A DNA stretch of 64,000 nt, from the IMG/VR virus record IMGVR_UViG_3300034158_000023, positions 124,001-188,000 of that record. One strand, written 5' to 3'. Positions within the stretch are counted from its first letter, which is position 1; every line of letters begins with the position of its first letter. Shown piece after piece: positions 28,512 to 36,870 of this stretch. A program made the position numbers and the translations under genes. The notes beneath the pieces are model-generated. The model was not told the origin of the DNA. It saw only the letters and a list, made by a program, of their open reading frames with translations, and searched no databases.

Positions 28512-28714
28512 TATTTGTAACAAGCCGACATATAATACTTAAGACAAATCTTATTTTATTACACCTATCTTATTATATGTTTAAACGCCCTTGACGTTGC
28601 TCTGCACGCCCCTGGCGTCTATGCTGTTTATATATATAAGGAAATCTAAGAAAGTATAAGAAACACGTATAAACAGCATACACAGGAGAGGGTACAAAGC
28701 CCTCTCCGTATGCC
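28512..28714 (+). ncRNA. Candidate structured non-coding RNA (or DNA cis element)
   Basis: No credible + strand ORF. Three inverted-repeat stems (10, 5 and 13 bp) between a promoter motif and a terminator hairpin. Confidence 0.4.
28685..28714 (+). terminator. Hairpin terminator followed by GTATGCC
   Basis: GGAGAGGG-TACAAAG-CCCTCTCC then GTATGCC. Confidence 0.7.
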
Positions 28715-28740
28715 TATATAAAACCATAAAAGGAAAACCA

Positions 28741-29190
28741 ATGAGTAAACGTAAAGCTAAAGCTAAAAGCAAACCTGAGGTAACTGATCACTCCAGGATC
28801 TTAGAAACTATCCTAGGAGATAAACTCCACTGGTTACACAGAGGAATGGCAAAGCAAACCTTAGAAGATGCAGCAGGAGATCCTATCTATCGATACAGCC
28901 TATACAGAGGCAACGTAGTGATAGACTTCTACCCATCTACACCAGAAGCTATCACCTTGAGAGATACTATCCCATTCGCAGCTGATATGGCTATCTTACT
29001 AAAGAATCAACTTTGTATCAACACAGTTGATAACTTCCGTAATACATTGCTAGACGTATGCTTACATAAAGCTAAAAGCCGTAAGTTACACATAGAAGGT
29101 TTTGTTAAACAGGTTTATTACTCCATGCAGATAAACCCTGAGCTATTTGCAACCAACGCATTTACAACTAACACATTTGAAGGTAAGTAA
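28741..29190 (+). CDS. Hypothetical protein with basic N-terminus
   Basis: 149 aa with an ATAAAAGG leader. Confidence 0.6.
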   Translation: MSKRKAKAKSKPEVTDHSRILETILGDKLHWLHRGMAKQTLEDAAGDPIYRYSLYRGNVVIDFYPSTPEAITLRDTIPFAADMAILLKNQLCINTVDNFRNTLLDVCLHKAKSRKLHIEGFVKQVYYSMQINPELFATNAFTTNTFEGK

Positions 29191-29537
29191 TGGAAGAGTT
29201 CTATCAGTTACGTAACATCGGCGTGCATTCAGCATTAGTTTATTTACTATACGTCTACATTAGCAGTTACCATATGTTAGACGATTCACCACTAGCACCC
29301 AAGCCCCCTTTAAGTGTAGTCTTAGTTACTATTATGATGATAGTGGCTAGCAACTCTACCGTTATCTTCAGTATGTTAATCGGGGTATTGTTTGTAGTGA
29401 GCGTAGCAGCTGGCATACGTAAAGCTAAGGTTAATAATTCCAACTTCGTCGACTTAGGTTGGATGATGACTGGTATGCTATACCTTACGTTATTGATCAA
29501 TGCTGGACTAGATGTTTTAAATAACTTACAGTCCTAA
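29190..29537 (+). CDS. Small multi-pass membrane protein
   Basis: 115 aa with three to four hydrophobic segments. TAATG overlap with the upstream gene. Confidence 0.6.
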   Translation: MEEFYQLRNIGVHSALVYLLYVYISSYHMLDDSPLAPKPPLSVVLVTIMMIVASNSTVIFSMLIGVLFVVSVAAGIRKAKVNNSNFVDLGWMMTGMLYLTLLINAGLDVLNNLQS

Positions 29538-29584
29538 TTATTATGTATACTTTGACTTACCGAGTATAACGAACGGAGCAACCC

Positions 29585-30514
29585 ATGACTAAGAAACGAA
29601 CTAACCAATCTAAAGGTACCGCTATGGAACAGAAAGATACTGCACCAGTTGTTGACACTAATGTTGAAACCTCAGTAGAAGAAGGTGTTGCTACTGAACT
29701 TGATACCAGCGTAGCCCAAGAAGGCGAAGCTACAGGCGAAATCAATACACCTGTAGAATCTGATACTTTAGTTGAAGGTGAAACTGCCACTACTGACAAA
29801 GTTGCTAAGCTTGTAGGTTTGAACGCTGACCATGAGGGCGAATATGATTCATCCGTCTTGCATACTCCTAAAATTGTTAGTGAGATCGATGCAGCTTCAT
29901 TGGAGCAAGCATCTGGCGATGCTACAGATGGTATCACTGAAGGTAGTGTTGCTACTGCTACTGAAGAAACTCCCGCTAGTACAGCTGTAGGTCTAGAAGA
30001 TCTAGATCCTCAACCTAAGCTAGACGAAGAAGAGCAAGAACCTGGTCACTATTATGATCCAGTTGATGACTATTCCGTCTTTGCTCGTAGCCTTCGTGAA
30101 ACCCTGCGTAGCTACACAGTTACTATGGCTCCTAACTACCCAGTAACTCCATCTGAGATGTTGGCGCAACAAGCATCACTGGCACGTAGCTTAAACCGTG
30201 TGTTCAATCACCCTAACGTAGTTGAGTTCCAAGAAGCTATGGACGTATTAGTACGTTCTATGAAAGCGAACCCAGAAACGTTCTCTGTCCGTTATATCAA
30301 TCGCGGTATGGATAATGTAACTCTGAGCGCTGATGCACGTAAGCAATTTGAAACTGTTATGTTCATCCTCCCGATTTCTGTATTAAGTGCGGATGGTCGT
30401 ACACATTACCTCAACTACGGCAGCAAGCTAAGTAGCCTCTTCCCTGAAGACAAAACTGGCGCTGTAGGTAATCGCTTACAATCTTGGATCAAGCGTTATT
30501 TAAGTATTGAATAA
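29585..30514 (+). CDS. Conserved protein with long acidic disordered N-terminus and helical C-domain (phiKZ gp81-like position)
   Basis: About 150 aa of E/T/D-rich region, highly expressed codon usage and a GGAG SD. TATG (late-promoter motif) at 29542. Confidence 0.6.
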   Translation: MTKKRTNQSKGTAMEQKDTAPVVDTNVETSVEEGVATELDTSVAQEGEATGEINTPVESDTLVEGETATTDKVAKLVGLNADHEGEYDSSVLHTPKIVSEIDAASLEQASGDATDGITEGSVATATEETPASTAVGLEDLDPQPKLDEEEQEPGHYYDPVDDYSVFARSLRETLRSYTVTMAPNYPVTPSEMLAQQASLARSLNRVFNHPNVVEFQEAMDVLVRSMKANPETFSVRYINRGMDNVTLSADARKQFETVMFILPISVLSADGRTHYLNYGSKLSSLFPEDKTGAVGNRLQSWIKRYLSIE

Positions 30515-30528
30515 TCTTATCCATATTA

Positions 30529-30557
30529 GGGAGAGCTACGGCTCTCCCGTTATGCCG
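30529..30557 (+). terminator. Hairpin terminator followed by TTATGCCG
   Basis: GGGAGAGC-TACG-GCTCTCCC then GTTATGCCG. Confidence 0.75.
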
Positions 30558-30575
30558 TTTCGAAAATAACCTACG

Positions 30576-30587
30576 GATATATCATCC
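30576..30587 (+). promoter_or_regulatory. Putative early promoter GATATATCATCC
   Basis: Same motif family as other early promoters. Followed by ACAATAAAAGG and ATG at 30622. Confidence 0.55.
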
Positions 30588-30621
30588 ACGTGTATACACC
30601 TTACAATAAAAGGAAAGTTCA

Positions 30622-31413
30622 ATGCATTTGCCAGATGAGTGTACAGAAAGTAAAAAACCTAATTACCTTGAAATAGCTAATATCCTAGCTACAGAGTTAC
30701 AAGTGGAACTTAAACCGTATTACAGTAAAAATGATAAAGCGCATCAGTGGGATCATGTGCTCCAGGTGTTAGATAACGTGACTTACATTTTCTATCATTT
30801 AGATCGATCTCCTAAGTTGGCGCAGTGGGCTAGTGAGCTAGGTGAAGACATAGTAGTTAGTTTTACAAAAACTGCTATAGCCGCGTTGTATCACGATATG
30901 TTCTCTACGGAGAATCGTAAGGAACATCACGAGCTAGCTAAAGCATTTATCATCAAAGGTGATGATTACCTACTTGCGATAGACAAAGCAGCGCGAGTAC
31001 ACATAGGTCAGATCGCTTCTGAGCACCGTGCAAGCTTTAAAGATGAGTACTCTAGCATCGAGTGTGAAATCTTAGCAGCGGCTGATAGAGGAGCTCCTGA
31101 TGTAGATGCGTACATCATGCGAAGTATTCTCTATGCCCACACTAAACGTAAGTACTCTAAACTGGATAGTCTGGTGCATGGACTAATCCACATCGGACAG
31201 AAGTTTGGTAGCAACAAGAATGCCAAAGTTCCTGACTGGTACGACGATTTCTACAAAGAACAAATTCGTCGTTCTAAAGGTATGTTTGAGTTATGTGGCA
31301 ACACTCAGTTTGATGCTGAGATGGCTATAGGGTTTGTAAGAACATATTTCGATCTAGATACTAAAGTTCGTCAATGGGCAGAAGAAATCGTGTTAGATGG
31401 TTTGCCATGGTAG
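30622..31413 (+). CDS. HD-domain metal-dependent phosphohydrolase
   Basis: H...H (AHQWDH), ALYHD, EHR and AAAD motifs in HD-family order. Confidence 0.8.
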   Translation: MHLPDECTESKKPNYLEIANILATELQVELKPYYSKNDKAHQWDHVLQVLDNVTYIFYHLDRSPKLAQWASELGEDIVVSFTKTAIAALYHDMFSTENRKEHHELAKAFIIKGDDYLLAIDKAARVHIGQIASEHRASFKDEYSSIECEILAAADRGAPDVDAYIMRSILYAHTKRKYSKLDSLVHGLIHIGQKFGSNKNAKVPDWYDDFYKEQIRRSKGMFELCGNTQFDAEMAIGFVRTYFDLDTKVRQWAEEIVLDGLPW

Positions 31414-31441
31414 TATGTAGCGCTTAGCCGTTAATTATTGA

Positions 31442-31478
31442 CGGCATATGAGAGAGTGTCCCCACTCTCTCTTTTTTT
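31442..31478 (+). terminator. Intrinsic terminator
   Basis: CGGCATAT, then GAGAGAGTG-TCCC-CACTCTCTC and a T-tract. Confidence 0.8.
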
Positions 31479-31497
31479 ATTATAAAAGGATTTCCAC

Positions 31498-32169
31498 ATG
31501 AAACAAGATGAAGTAGGTAACCCAATAGTTAAAGCGTTGGTAGGTACTGAATATTGTACTCGCCAAATAAATATGCATGAAGTTCTAGAACTTGAAGCGT
31601 CGGCAGACACTAGTACCGTAGCTGAGGATAAGTTTGTCGAATCTATCAAAGCTATACGAGAAGAGTTAAAGTCTGCACCAAACTTATCTTTAGATGCAGC
31701 CAAGAACTCATTACGAGAAATTATGCATAGCGTTAAGATAACTGCTTTACCAAATGTTACCCCAGTACAAAGTGTGGTATTCAGCTGTAAAGAATATGGG
31801 GAGCAAAGTTGGTCCTTAGCCGTTATTCGAGCAGTGTCAACCAATAACGAACTATTTAATTCTTTAGTAGATGATGAGTTACTAGAGCGGGTATCTAATG
31901 ACCAAAGTCTGCTTTATAAACTACTGAAAATGTTAACCCTAGATAACATAGATTTAAAACATGTTGGTTTTTCAACGATTCAAATTCTTACCATAGAAGC
32001 AATCGTTAGCGCTAACTTGAACCAATATCTGCATGGGGATCGTCTCATTACAGAAAAGGTATTCACCTGTGAAATAGAACAGGTGGTACCTATAATTGGA
32101 CGACCAGGCATTGATGCAATTAAAAGGCGTTTAGCATTGATCGTTAAAATATTGTCAGACTACCTGTAA
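31498..32169 (+). CDS. Hypothetical protein
   Basis: 223 aa with a TAAAAGG leader. Confidence 0.55.
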   Translation: MKQDEVGNPIVKALVGTEYCTRQINMHEVLELEASADTSTVAEDKFVESIKAIREELKSAPNLSLDAAKNSLREIMHSVKITALPNVTPVQSVVFSCKEYGEQSWSLAVIRAVSTNNELFNSLVDDELLERVSNDQSLLYKLLKMLTLDNIDLKHVGFSTIQILTIEAIVSANLNQYLHGDRLITEKVFTCEIEQVVPIIGRPGIDAIKRRLALIVKILSDYL

Positions 32170-32177
32170 GCACACCT

Positions 32178-32217
32178 GGCATAAAGGGAGAGTGTAAGCT
32201 CTCCCTTATTTTTTTTT
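32178..32217. terminator. Bidirectional terminator
   Basis: AAGGGAGAG-TGTAAG-CTCTCCCTT plus T-tract on +. TTTATGCC follows on -. Confidence 0.8.
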
Positions 32218-32220
32218 GTT

Positions 32221-33957
32221 TTATGCTACTTCTTTCTGTGTCTCTTCTACCCCTAGGATAGAATCGTTACTAGCTCCTTGGTTTAGATAAGCGCTGTAGA
32301 TAGCAGTAAGTGCAGGGAACGCATGAATAGTTTCACAATAGTTAATGGCATTAGTTACACCACCACTTAAGTTCAATCCCACTCTACGGCGATCTTCCTC
32401 ACTCACACCTTCGATTTTAACTAACTCTAAAGTTGTAGTACCCTTAGAAGCGTTCATAACGATCTCACCCCATGGGTAAGCTGAACGGATGTCTAAGTCA
32501 GATACATACAAACGAATCAGAGTTTGTAAATCTTCTACGTCTTCAATACACTTAAGACCATTCACTTCGACTAAGTGAGTAGCTAGTGTAATGATCCAAT
32601 CTTCTGTGCCGATAACCAGATCATCTAACTCATCTGCCATCTTATCGGAAACGCAGCAAATAACCCTACCATGTTTCAAGAAGAAGAAATGTAAGTCCTC
32701 TGCTAGCTGTTTAGGTGTAGAGGAGAATAACCTGTAGGGACTAGCACCTACTAGTTCAGATAGAGAAATACTTAAGTCTTTAGTTTTCTCATCTAACAAC
32801 TCCACACCGATACAGTCGAATAAGTTATAGATTAGGTATTCAATCTTATACTTCTTCTGCATGAACTCATGCCAAGCTAACTTAACGTAACCATCAGCAA
32901 AATTAAAGTTCAGCTTACGTTTACCTAAGATCTTCTCTAGGATTGCATCTAACGCATAAGACTTCTCGTTACCTTTAGCCTTACGTAGGAATGCATATGT
33001 GCCCATAGCACAAATCCAGTAAGACTTAGAAGGTGTAATTAACGTATGCCATCTTTCATGCATAGAGAATGTCATTACGCCGCCATCTGCTTTAATGCGG
33101 TTGGCTGGACCTTCAATGTAATTACATTCACGGAACTCTGGATCCACTCCAGGATCACTAAAGTGTATAGCTGGATCAATCCCATCACGTTCTAAGGTTT
33201 GAATCATCTTAGGTACGTCGAAGTTCATGTTCCATGTAGCTACGAAATCAGCACCATATTCGTGTACACGTTTCAGCAACTCAATTACTATCTGAGTGTC
33301 TGATTCTACTTCAACTATCTCTAGTTTGATACCACGAGACTTTTCATACTGACCTAAATGCTCAGAGAACGCTGCACGAATCTTTTCTTCAGCTTTAACG
33401 ATACTACCCATAAACCTTTTAGAATAACAAAGGAATGCTTTATCTTTAAATGTGATAGAGCCTGAAATGATGTCACCCATTTCTTTATGATCACGTCTAC
33501 CACCTAACACGTTGGTCTCTAAGTCGAGTACCGCTATGCTATTAGGACTTACGATATCTTTCCAGGTAGTTAGATACTTAGTTTTAACTAATGCTTCTGG
33601 AGTAATGTCAGTACCGTAGATGTACTGACTTCTACCTAACTGACGCATGTTCAGATTGCTAGTAGGTAGGTTTAAAGCTTTAGCTATCTTCAAAGGCATA
33701 GTAGCGGTGTTGCTGCTACGCTTCTGTAGTCTGGTTAGTGACTCACTTTCTTTTTTGTCTTTATGTTTACGATAACCTTCTTTTGTAATATACCAATCGC
33801 GTTCAAAGTTAACAATCTTTCTAAGATTGGGTTCTCTAGTACCATCAGGTAAATGTTTATACTCTTTTACAAACACAGCATCATTAGAAGGATTATGTTT
33901 AGATTTAACGTAAACTATATGCTTCGCCTCTAACTTAAAATCTTTATCGGTGCTCAC
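32221..33957 (-). CDS. Split B-family DNA polymerase, N-terminal subunit with 3'-5' exonuclease and motif A (phiKZ gp82-like)
   Basis: ExoI DLET, ExoII WNMNFD, ExoIII YNLFD and polymerase motif A DLDIRSAYP. Start reassigned to GTG 33957 (GGGAG SD) to avoid overlap with the divergent gene. Confidence 0.85.
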   Translation of the reverse strand: MSTDKDFKLEAKHIVYVKSKHNPSNDAVFVKEYKHLPDGTREPNLRKIVNFERDWYITKEGYRKHKDKKESESLTRLQKRSSNTATMPLKIAKALNLPTSNLNMRQLGRSQYIYGTDITPEALVKTKYLTTWKDIVSPNSIAVLDLETNVLGGRRDHKEMGDIISGSITFKDKAFLCYSKRFMGSIVKAEEKIRAAFSEHLGQYEKSRGIKLEIVEVESDTQIVIELLKRVHEYGADFVATWNMNFDVPKMIQTLERDGIDPAIHFSDPGVDPEFRECNYIEGPANRIKADGGVMTFSMHERWHTLITPSKSYWICAMGTYAFLRKAKGNEKSYALDAILEKILGKRKLNFNFADGYVKLAWHEFMQKKYKIEYLIYNLFDCIGVELLDEKTKDLSISLSELVGASPYRLFSSTPKQLAEDLHFFFLKHGRVICCVSDKMADELDDLVIGTEDWIITLATHLVEVNGLKCIEDVEDLQTLIRLYVSDLDIRSAYPWGEIVMNASKGTTTLELVKIEGVSEEDRRRVGLNLSGGVTNAINYCETIHAFPALTAIYSAYLNQGASNDSILGVEETQKEVA

Positions 33958-34031
33958 AGTTGTTCTCTCCCTGTCGGTCCGTATATGATGTACATACTGT
34001 GTAAAGTAAAACTTTTTTATGGAGTTATCCC

Positions 34032-35306
34032 ATGTTTCCAGAGAATGTATTTGTCGGCATAGAAGCAATGGCGTATAAAGCCAGAGAAAACTTCTACCCT
34101 CAGTTAGTTACTAAATTCCAGCACGTTTTAGACCATATAGACCTATCTATTCCTCGTCGCATACTGGATTGCAATATCCCTAAATTGGTAGGCGATGAGT
34201 TTAACATGAACGTTACCGTAACTGTAGAGAAGTCCACTCAGTATGGTGCGTACATGATTGCTCCTGATTTAAAAACAAACCACGCCTTATTATCTTCCTG
34301 GCGCAACACCTATTCAGAAGCTGGTGCATCTTTAAAGTATCTAAAGAGTTCTAAACTGAAATCTATCAATGGTTCTGTGTCTAGAGCTACTGGTAAGGTG
34401 TTTGGTGATTTCTCTAAAATACAAGCTCCTATCGTAATGTCAGAAGCTTTATTCGATGGTACGTTTACAGCCAGAGAGCTAGCTTCTATGTTCAGTCATG
34501 AGTTAGGTCACTTCTGGACTTACTTAGAATGTTTAGCCAGAACAGTAACAGCTAACTTAGCCTTAGCAGCAGTGTTACAAGAGTTGACTGGTACGCAAGA
34601 TGTTAAAATGAACTTCCAGTTAATCACAGAACTAGAAAACGTAACTGGTACGAAAATCCCTAACGCCAAGCAAGTAGCTAACTACAGATCAACTGAAAAG
34701 TTACACACCGTAGTAGTGAACGAAGTTTATAAACAAACTGTATCGTCAACTGAATATGGTAGCCTTTATGACCAAGCTGGTTGGGAATCTCAATCGGATA
34801 TGTTTGTTAATCGTCTAGGTGGTGGTAAAGACCTAACCACGGCACTGCACAAAATCCATAAGAAATATGGTGACGCTGCATACTGGGGAGCAACAGGTTG
34901 GTACATCTGGCAAATCCTGTCAGTAGCACTAACTCTGGTAGTGACATGGCCGATCTTATTAGCTGTCTTTTTCGTATTGGCGTTGTCTGGAACTCACCCA
35001 GAGACAAATGAGTATGATACGATTGCCGCTAGATGTAACAGAATCAAGTTGGATATCGTTGGTTCATTGCGCAATAAAGGGCTAGCAAAAGAAGAAGTAA
35101 AACAAACTCTGGCTGACATAGACGAGATTGAAGTAGCTTTAGAAAATGCCGTAGATAGACAACCATGGTTAACAGGTTTAATGGTGGTAGTCTGGAATCC
35201 CTTTAGAAAACAAGCCAAAGAAAAACAGATGCAACAACTTCTGGAAGAACTAGCTAACAACCCACTGTTAATAACCGCAGCTCGCTTTAAAACAGCTGAT
35301 TATTAA
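34032..35306 (+). CDS. Putative internal head protein with M48 (HtpX/Ste24-like) zinc metalloprotease signature and TM segments
   Basis: SHELGH (HExxH) and downstream ESQSDMFV...ALHKI (ExxAD-like). Hydrophobic helices. N-terminal GIE|A resembles the head-protease site. Confidence 0.7.
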   Translation: MFPENVFVGIEAMAYKARENFYPQLVTKFQHVLDHIDLSIPRRILDCNIPKLVGDEFNMNVTVTVEKSTQYGAYMIAPDLKTNHALLSSWRNTYSEAGASLKYLKSSKLKSINGSVSRATGKVFGDFSKIQAPIVMSEALFDGTFTARELASMFSHELGHFWTYLECLARTVTANLALAAVLQELTGTQDVKMNFQLITELENVTGTKIPNAKQVANYRSTEKLHTVVVNEVYKQTVSSTEYGSLYDQAGWESQSDMFVNRLGGGKDLTTALHKIHKKYGDAAYWGATGWYIWQILSVALTLVVTWPILLAVFFVLALSGTHPETNEYDTIAARCNRIKLDIVGSLRNKGLAKEEVKQTLADIDEIEVALENAVDRQPWLTGLMVVVWNPFRKQAKEKQMQQLLEELANNPLLITAARFKTADY

Positions 35307-35317
35307 GGATCATTCCG

Positions 35318-36439
35318 ATGAGATTAAAAATTACTACTAACCGTAATCACGATACGGGGATTGAGGCGTTAGAACAAGAGCTGTCACCTCAAGAGCAACG
35401 CGCTGATGAGTATTTGAAGTTAAATGATACCATTGGTGCCTTAAGAGCTGAACCCTCTGTAAACACACCTACGGAAGGCACAGAGAGCTTCCAGCATAAG
35501 ACAGCATCTACTGAGTCTTTAGTAATTGCTGGTATCATTGCAGCGTCAGCTTTAGTGATGGCGGCTATCTACAAAATCTACAAACACTTTGCAGATAAGC
35601 CAGCCTCAGACAACGCTATCCGTGTAGCTCAAGATCTAGAAGATCTGAAAGACTCCACAGATTTAAATGGTGGTGCTACATCCATTACCTCAAGTGCTGC
35701 TAACAGCGGACATTTGCGTAAAGTGATGGCCTTGTATTTAGCTAGTGTTAAACTCACTACTGATAAGCAAGGTATGTTAATCGGTTTTAAACCAGTGCAC
35801 GAGTTCCTTAACTCAGTACAAGTATTGGTAGCTAAACTAGGTGTACTAGCAGCCGAGAAAACTGGTACGGTTTCAGGTACTCTAAGTAAAGAAGACTTAG
35901 ATACTACTAAATTTGAAACCACATACAACAACGTGATTCGTTTGTTGAATGAATTACAGTGGAAGATGCCAGAAGACTTTAAGAAGTCCTTTGCTATCTC
36001 AGAACCTAAGCTCTTTGTTTTTGGTGGAGAGTATAACTACATCAAAGGTATTGATCTAGCGTTCAGTGAACTTCAAACCCACTTAGCTAAGACTAATGAT
36101 AAAGATGTGGTTACAGCGGCTGAACTGTCTAAGTTGATGTTAAGTCCATCTCTGCGTGAGACTATAGTGCAGTGTGGCAACATCTCTAAAACGTTAGAGT
36201 CAGAAGGTGAAGCTATCTCTAAAGCCGCTGAGAAAGCAGAGACCACCATCAAAGGTTTAGGTCATGACTTAGCTACTACTCAAGATGATATCGAGTTAAA
36301 GAAATTAGCTCTGTATGTTGAGATCGTTAAAGCTACGGCTAACATCTACAAGAAACAAAATTTAATTACCATTGCCGCCGTTAAGTACGTGGAAGAAGTA
36401 GCCAAAGTAATGAAAGCTGCATCTAACACCATCGATTAA
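35318..36439 (+). CDS. Putative internal head/ejection protein
   Basis: Propeptide motifs GIE|A, GTE|S and STE|S, followed by hydrophobic LVIAGIIAASALVMAAIY. Confidence 0.65.
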   Translation: MRLKITTNRNHDTGIEALEQELSPQEQRADEYLKLNDTIGALRAEPSVNTPTEGTESFQHKTASTESLVIAGIIAASALVMAAIYKIYKHFADKPASDNAIRVAQDLEDLKDSTDLNGGATSITSSAANSGHLRKVMALYLASVKLTTDKQGMLIGFKPVHEFLNSVQVLVAKLGVLAAEKTGTVSGTLSKEDLDTTKFETTYNNVIRLLNELQWKMPEDFKKSFAISEPKLFVFGGEYNYIKGIDLAFSELQTHLAKTNDKDVVTAAELSKLMLSPSLRETIVQCGNISKTLESEGEAISKAAEKAETTIKGLGHDLATTQDDIELKKLALYVEIVKATANIYKKQNLITIAAVKYVEEVAKVMKAASNTID

Positions 36440-36450
36440 GGATTTCTACA

Positions 36451-36816
36451 ATGATCACCCAAGACCAGATTAACATGCTCGTTAGTTTTCTTCGCAACGG
36501 AGAAAAGAAGTCATCTCGTGGTAAGTTGTTAACTATTGCCATCGCGTATTCTATCCCTGTAGCGCAGACTAGCGAAGATAGTCTTAAGAGTTTCCCAGGC
36601 TATTTCACTACTGCCTGTGAAGCGTTGAGCAAAATCAATGAAGAACACATCATCCCGATTAAACAAATCACGGAAGACATCCGTAAGACGTTTTTCTATC
36701 GCATCACGGCGTTTGATCTACCTCAGGTTGAAATCCCCGCAGTGTTATCCGATTTAGATGGTGACGACATTTTTGATTTGTCGACATTGAAGCGCAACTT
36801 AAAAGACATTTTCTAG
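36451..36816 (+). CDS. Small conserved protein in head-protein operon
   Basis: 121 aa with TAAGGA SD. Confidence 0.6.
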   Translation: MITQDQINMLVSFLRNGEKKSSRGKLLTIAIAYSIPVAQTSEDSLKSFPGYFTTACEALSKINEEHIIPIKQITEDIRKTFFYRITAFDLPQVEIPAVLSDLDGDDIFDLSTLKRNLKDIF

Positions 36817-36870
36817 CATAACCTTGATCCATGGGTAGCGCCATGGATCATTTGCCTTAAGGAATTTATT

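Noticed and set aside
28591-28596. TTGACG as a host sigma70 -35 element
   Set aside because: No -10 hexamer at 16-18 bp spacing.
28581-28772. 63-aa minus-strand ORF across the structured intergenic region
   Set aside because: TTA/TTG-rich hydrophobic shadow overlapping the start of 28741, with no SD. It does not explain the inverted repeats.
31431-31844. 137-aa minus-strand ORF ending near the 31442 hairpin
   Set aside because: Antisense to the 31498 gene, which has a clear phage-type leader, and it runs through the terminator.
33958-34068. N-terminal extension of the polymerase exonuclease ORF overlapping the divergent gene
   Set aside because: GTG 33957 with a GGGAG SD is more plausible and removes the overlap.
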